Source of the DNA: Ranitomeya imitator
Lineage: Eukaryota
NCBI RefSeq assembly: GCF_032444005.1
Contig: NC_091284.1
Span: 826,646,001 to 826,710,000 of the forward strand
Direction of reading: 5' to 3'
DNA length: 64,000 bases
Positions 62,321 through 64,000 of this stretch are shown one piece after another. The notes beneath the pieces were generated by a model. The model made no database searches and was not told the origin of the DNA. It was given only the letters and a program-made list of their open reading frames with translations. Numbering within the stretch: the stretch's first letter is position 1; each line of letters begins with the position of its first letter. The translations under genes and the position numbers were made by a program.

Positions 62321-64000
62321 TAATAATAATAATAATAATAATTTTATTTATATAGCGCCAACATATTCCGCAACGCTTTACAAATTATAGAGGGGACTTG
62401 TACAGACAATAGACATTACAGCATAACAGAAATCACAGTTCAAAACAGATACCAGGAGGAGTGAGGGCCCTGCTCGCAAGCTTACAAACTATGGGGAAAA
62501 GGGGAGACACGAGAGGTGGATGGTAACAATTGCTTTAGTTATTCGGACCAGCTATAGTGTAAGGCTCAGGTGTTCATGTAAAGCTGCATGAACCAGTTAC
62601 CTGCCTAAGTATGTAGCAGTACAGACACAGAGGGCTAATACTGCATAAAGTGTATGAGAACATGATGCGAGGAACCTTTTTTTTTATTTTTTTTTTTATT
62701 ATAAATAGGCCACACAGGGATCGTTAGGTTAATGCATTGAGGCGGTAGGCCAGTCTGAACAAATGAGTTTTTAGGGCACGCTTAAAACTGTGGGGATTGG
62801 GGATTAATCGTATTAACCTAGGTAGTGCATTCCAAAGAATCGGCGCAGCACGTGTAAAGTCTTGGAGACGGGAGTGGGAGGTTCTGATTATTGAGGATGC
62901 TAACCTGAGGTCATTAGCGGAGCGGAGGGCACGGGTAGGGTGGTAGACTGATACCAGGGAGGAGATGTAGGGTGGTGCTGAGCCATGGAGTGCTTTGTGG
63001 ATGAGGGTAGTAGTTTTGTACTGGATTCTGGAGTGGATGGGTAGCCAGTGTAATGACTGGCACAGGGTAGAGGCATCGGTGTAACGGTTGGTGAGGAATA
63101 TGATCCTGGCAGCAGCATTCAGGACAGATTGGAGCGGGGAGAGTTTTGCAAGAGGGAGACCGATTAGTAGAGAGTTACAATAGTCCAGACGAGAATGAAT
63201 AAGTGAAACAGTCAGAGTTTTTGCAGAGTCGAAATTAAGAAAAGGGCGAATTCTAGAAATGTTTTTGAGATGCAGGTAAGAAGAGCGAGCCAGTGATCGG
63301 ATGTAGGGGGTGAATGAAAGGTCAGAATCAAGGATGACCCCAAGGCAGCGGGCATGTTGCTTTGGAGTAATGGTGGAACCGCACACGGAGATGGCAATGT
63401 CAGGCAAAGGTAGGTTAGTAGAGGGAGAGAACACGAGGAGTTCAGTTTTTGACAGGTTTAGTTTCAGATAGAGGGAGGACATGATGTTAGAGACAGCGGT
63501 AAGACAATCACTGGTGTTTTCTAAAAAGGTCGGTGTGATATCGGGAGCAGAAGTGTATAATTGGGTGTCGTCAGCATAGAGATGGTACTGGAAACCAAAT
63601 CTACTGATTGTTTGTCCAATAGGGGCAGTATACAACGAGAAGAGTAGGGGGCCTAGGACTGATCCTTGAGGAACCCCAACAGTAAGGGGAAGGTGAGAGG
63701 AGGAGGAACCAGCAAAACATACAGTGAAGGATCGGTCAGAGAGATAGGAGGAGAACCAGGAGAGAACGGTGTCCTTGAGGCCGATGGAGCGGAGCATAGT
63801 GAGGAGGAGCTGATGATCCACAGTGTCAAATGCTGCAGAGAGATCCAAGAGAATTAGCATGGAGTAGTGACCATTAGATTTAGCTGTTAGTAGGTCATTA
63901 GAGACTTTAATGAGGGCAGTTTCAGTAGAGTGTAAAGAGCGGAAGCCAGATTGAAGAGGGTCGAGAAGAGAGTTATCTGAGAGATAGCGGGTAAGACGGG
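62321..64000 (-). mobile_element. L2-clade LINE, 3' part, in a C2CD3 intron; runs off the right edge
   Basis: RT ORF, ~380-nt 3'UTR, terminal ...GCGTTGCGGAATATGTTGGCGCTATATAAATAAAA and (ATT)n tail at 62321-62341. Confidence 0.93.
62724..63998 (-). CDS. LINE ORF2 reverse transcriptase, C-terminal 424 aa, no stops to the window edge
   Basis: [56 protein letters not shown]; frame checked by hand upstream of the ATG at 63860. Confidence 0.93.
   Translation of the reverse strand, partial: RLTRYLSDNSLLDPLQSGFRSLHSTETALIKVSNDLLTAKSNGHYSMLILLDLSAAFDTVDHQLLLTMLRSIGLKDTVLSWFSSYLSDRSFTVCFAGSSSSHLPLTVGVPQGSVLGPLLFSLYTAPIGQTISRFGFQYHLYADDTQLYTSAPDITPTFLENTSDCLTAVSNIMSSLYLKLNLSKTELLVFSPSTNLPLPDIAISVCGSTITPKQHARCLGVILDSDLSFTPYIRSLARSSYLHLKNISRIRPFLNFDSAKTLTVSLIHSRLDYCNSLLIGLPLAKLSPLQSVLNAAARIIFLTNRYTDASTLCQSLHWLPIHSRIQYKTTTLIHKALHGSAPPYISSLVSVYHPTRALRSANDLRLASSIIRTSHSRLQDFTRAAPILWNALPRLIRLIPNPHSFKRALKTHLFRLAYRLNALT

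Noticed and set aside
47127-62390. His/Pro-rich, Tyr/Cys-rich and SIYYILRSIRD repeat ORFs
   Set aside because: Derived from the 46-, 14/15-, 21- and 33-bp arrays

Overview
Vertebrate genomic DNA, most likely anuran (inferred from the transposon repertoire). It holds two spliced protein-coding genes in tandem on the minus strand. (1) The last 12 coding exons of C2CD3 (56635 down to stop 38160; about 979 aa reconstructed with consistent exon phases). One of its introns (44394-46284) has a perfect U12 minor-spliceosome donor and branch point. (2) The 5' part of an uncoupling-protein gene, most likely UCP3 by synteny: a putative TATA box and non-coding exon 1 near 20340-20420, and coding exons at 3736-3861 and 3455-3662; the remaining exons lie left of the window. 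About 38 kb (~59%) consists of 12 unrelated minisatellite arrays (units 14-48 bp), which generate all of the long repetitive ORFs in the track. Mobile DNA: a dead Tc1 with a nested PIF/Harbinger MITE, two same-family non-autonomous Helitrons each carrying a different minisatellite, TTAA piggyBac-like and T2/Kolobok-like elements, an L2 LINE with an uninterrupted RT ORF, and an L2 3' tail whose conserved motif has been amplified into a 41-bp minisatellite. No prokaryote-type systems, rRNA or tRNA genes were recognised. All coordinates were read by hand; repeat and TE edges are approximate.
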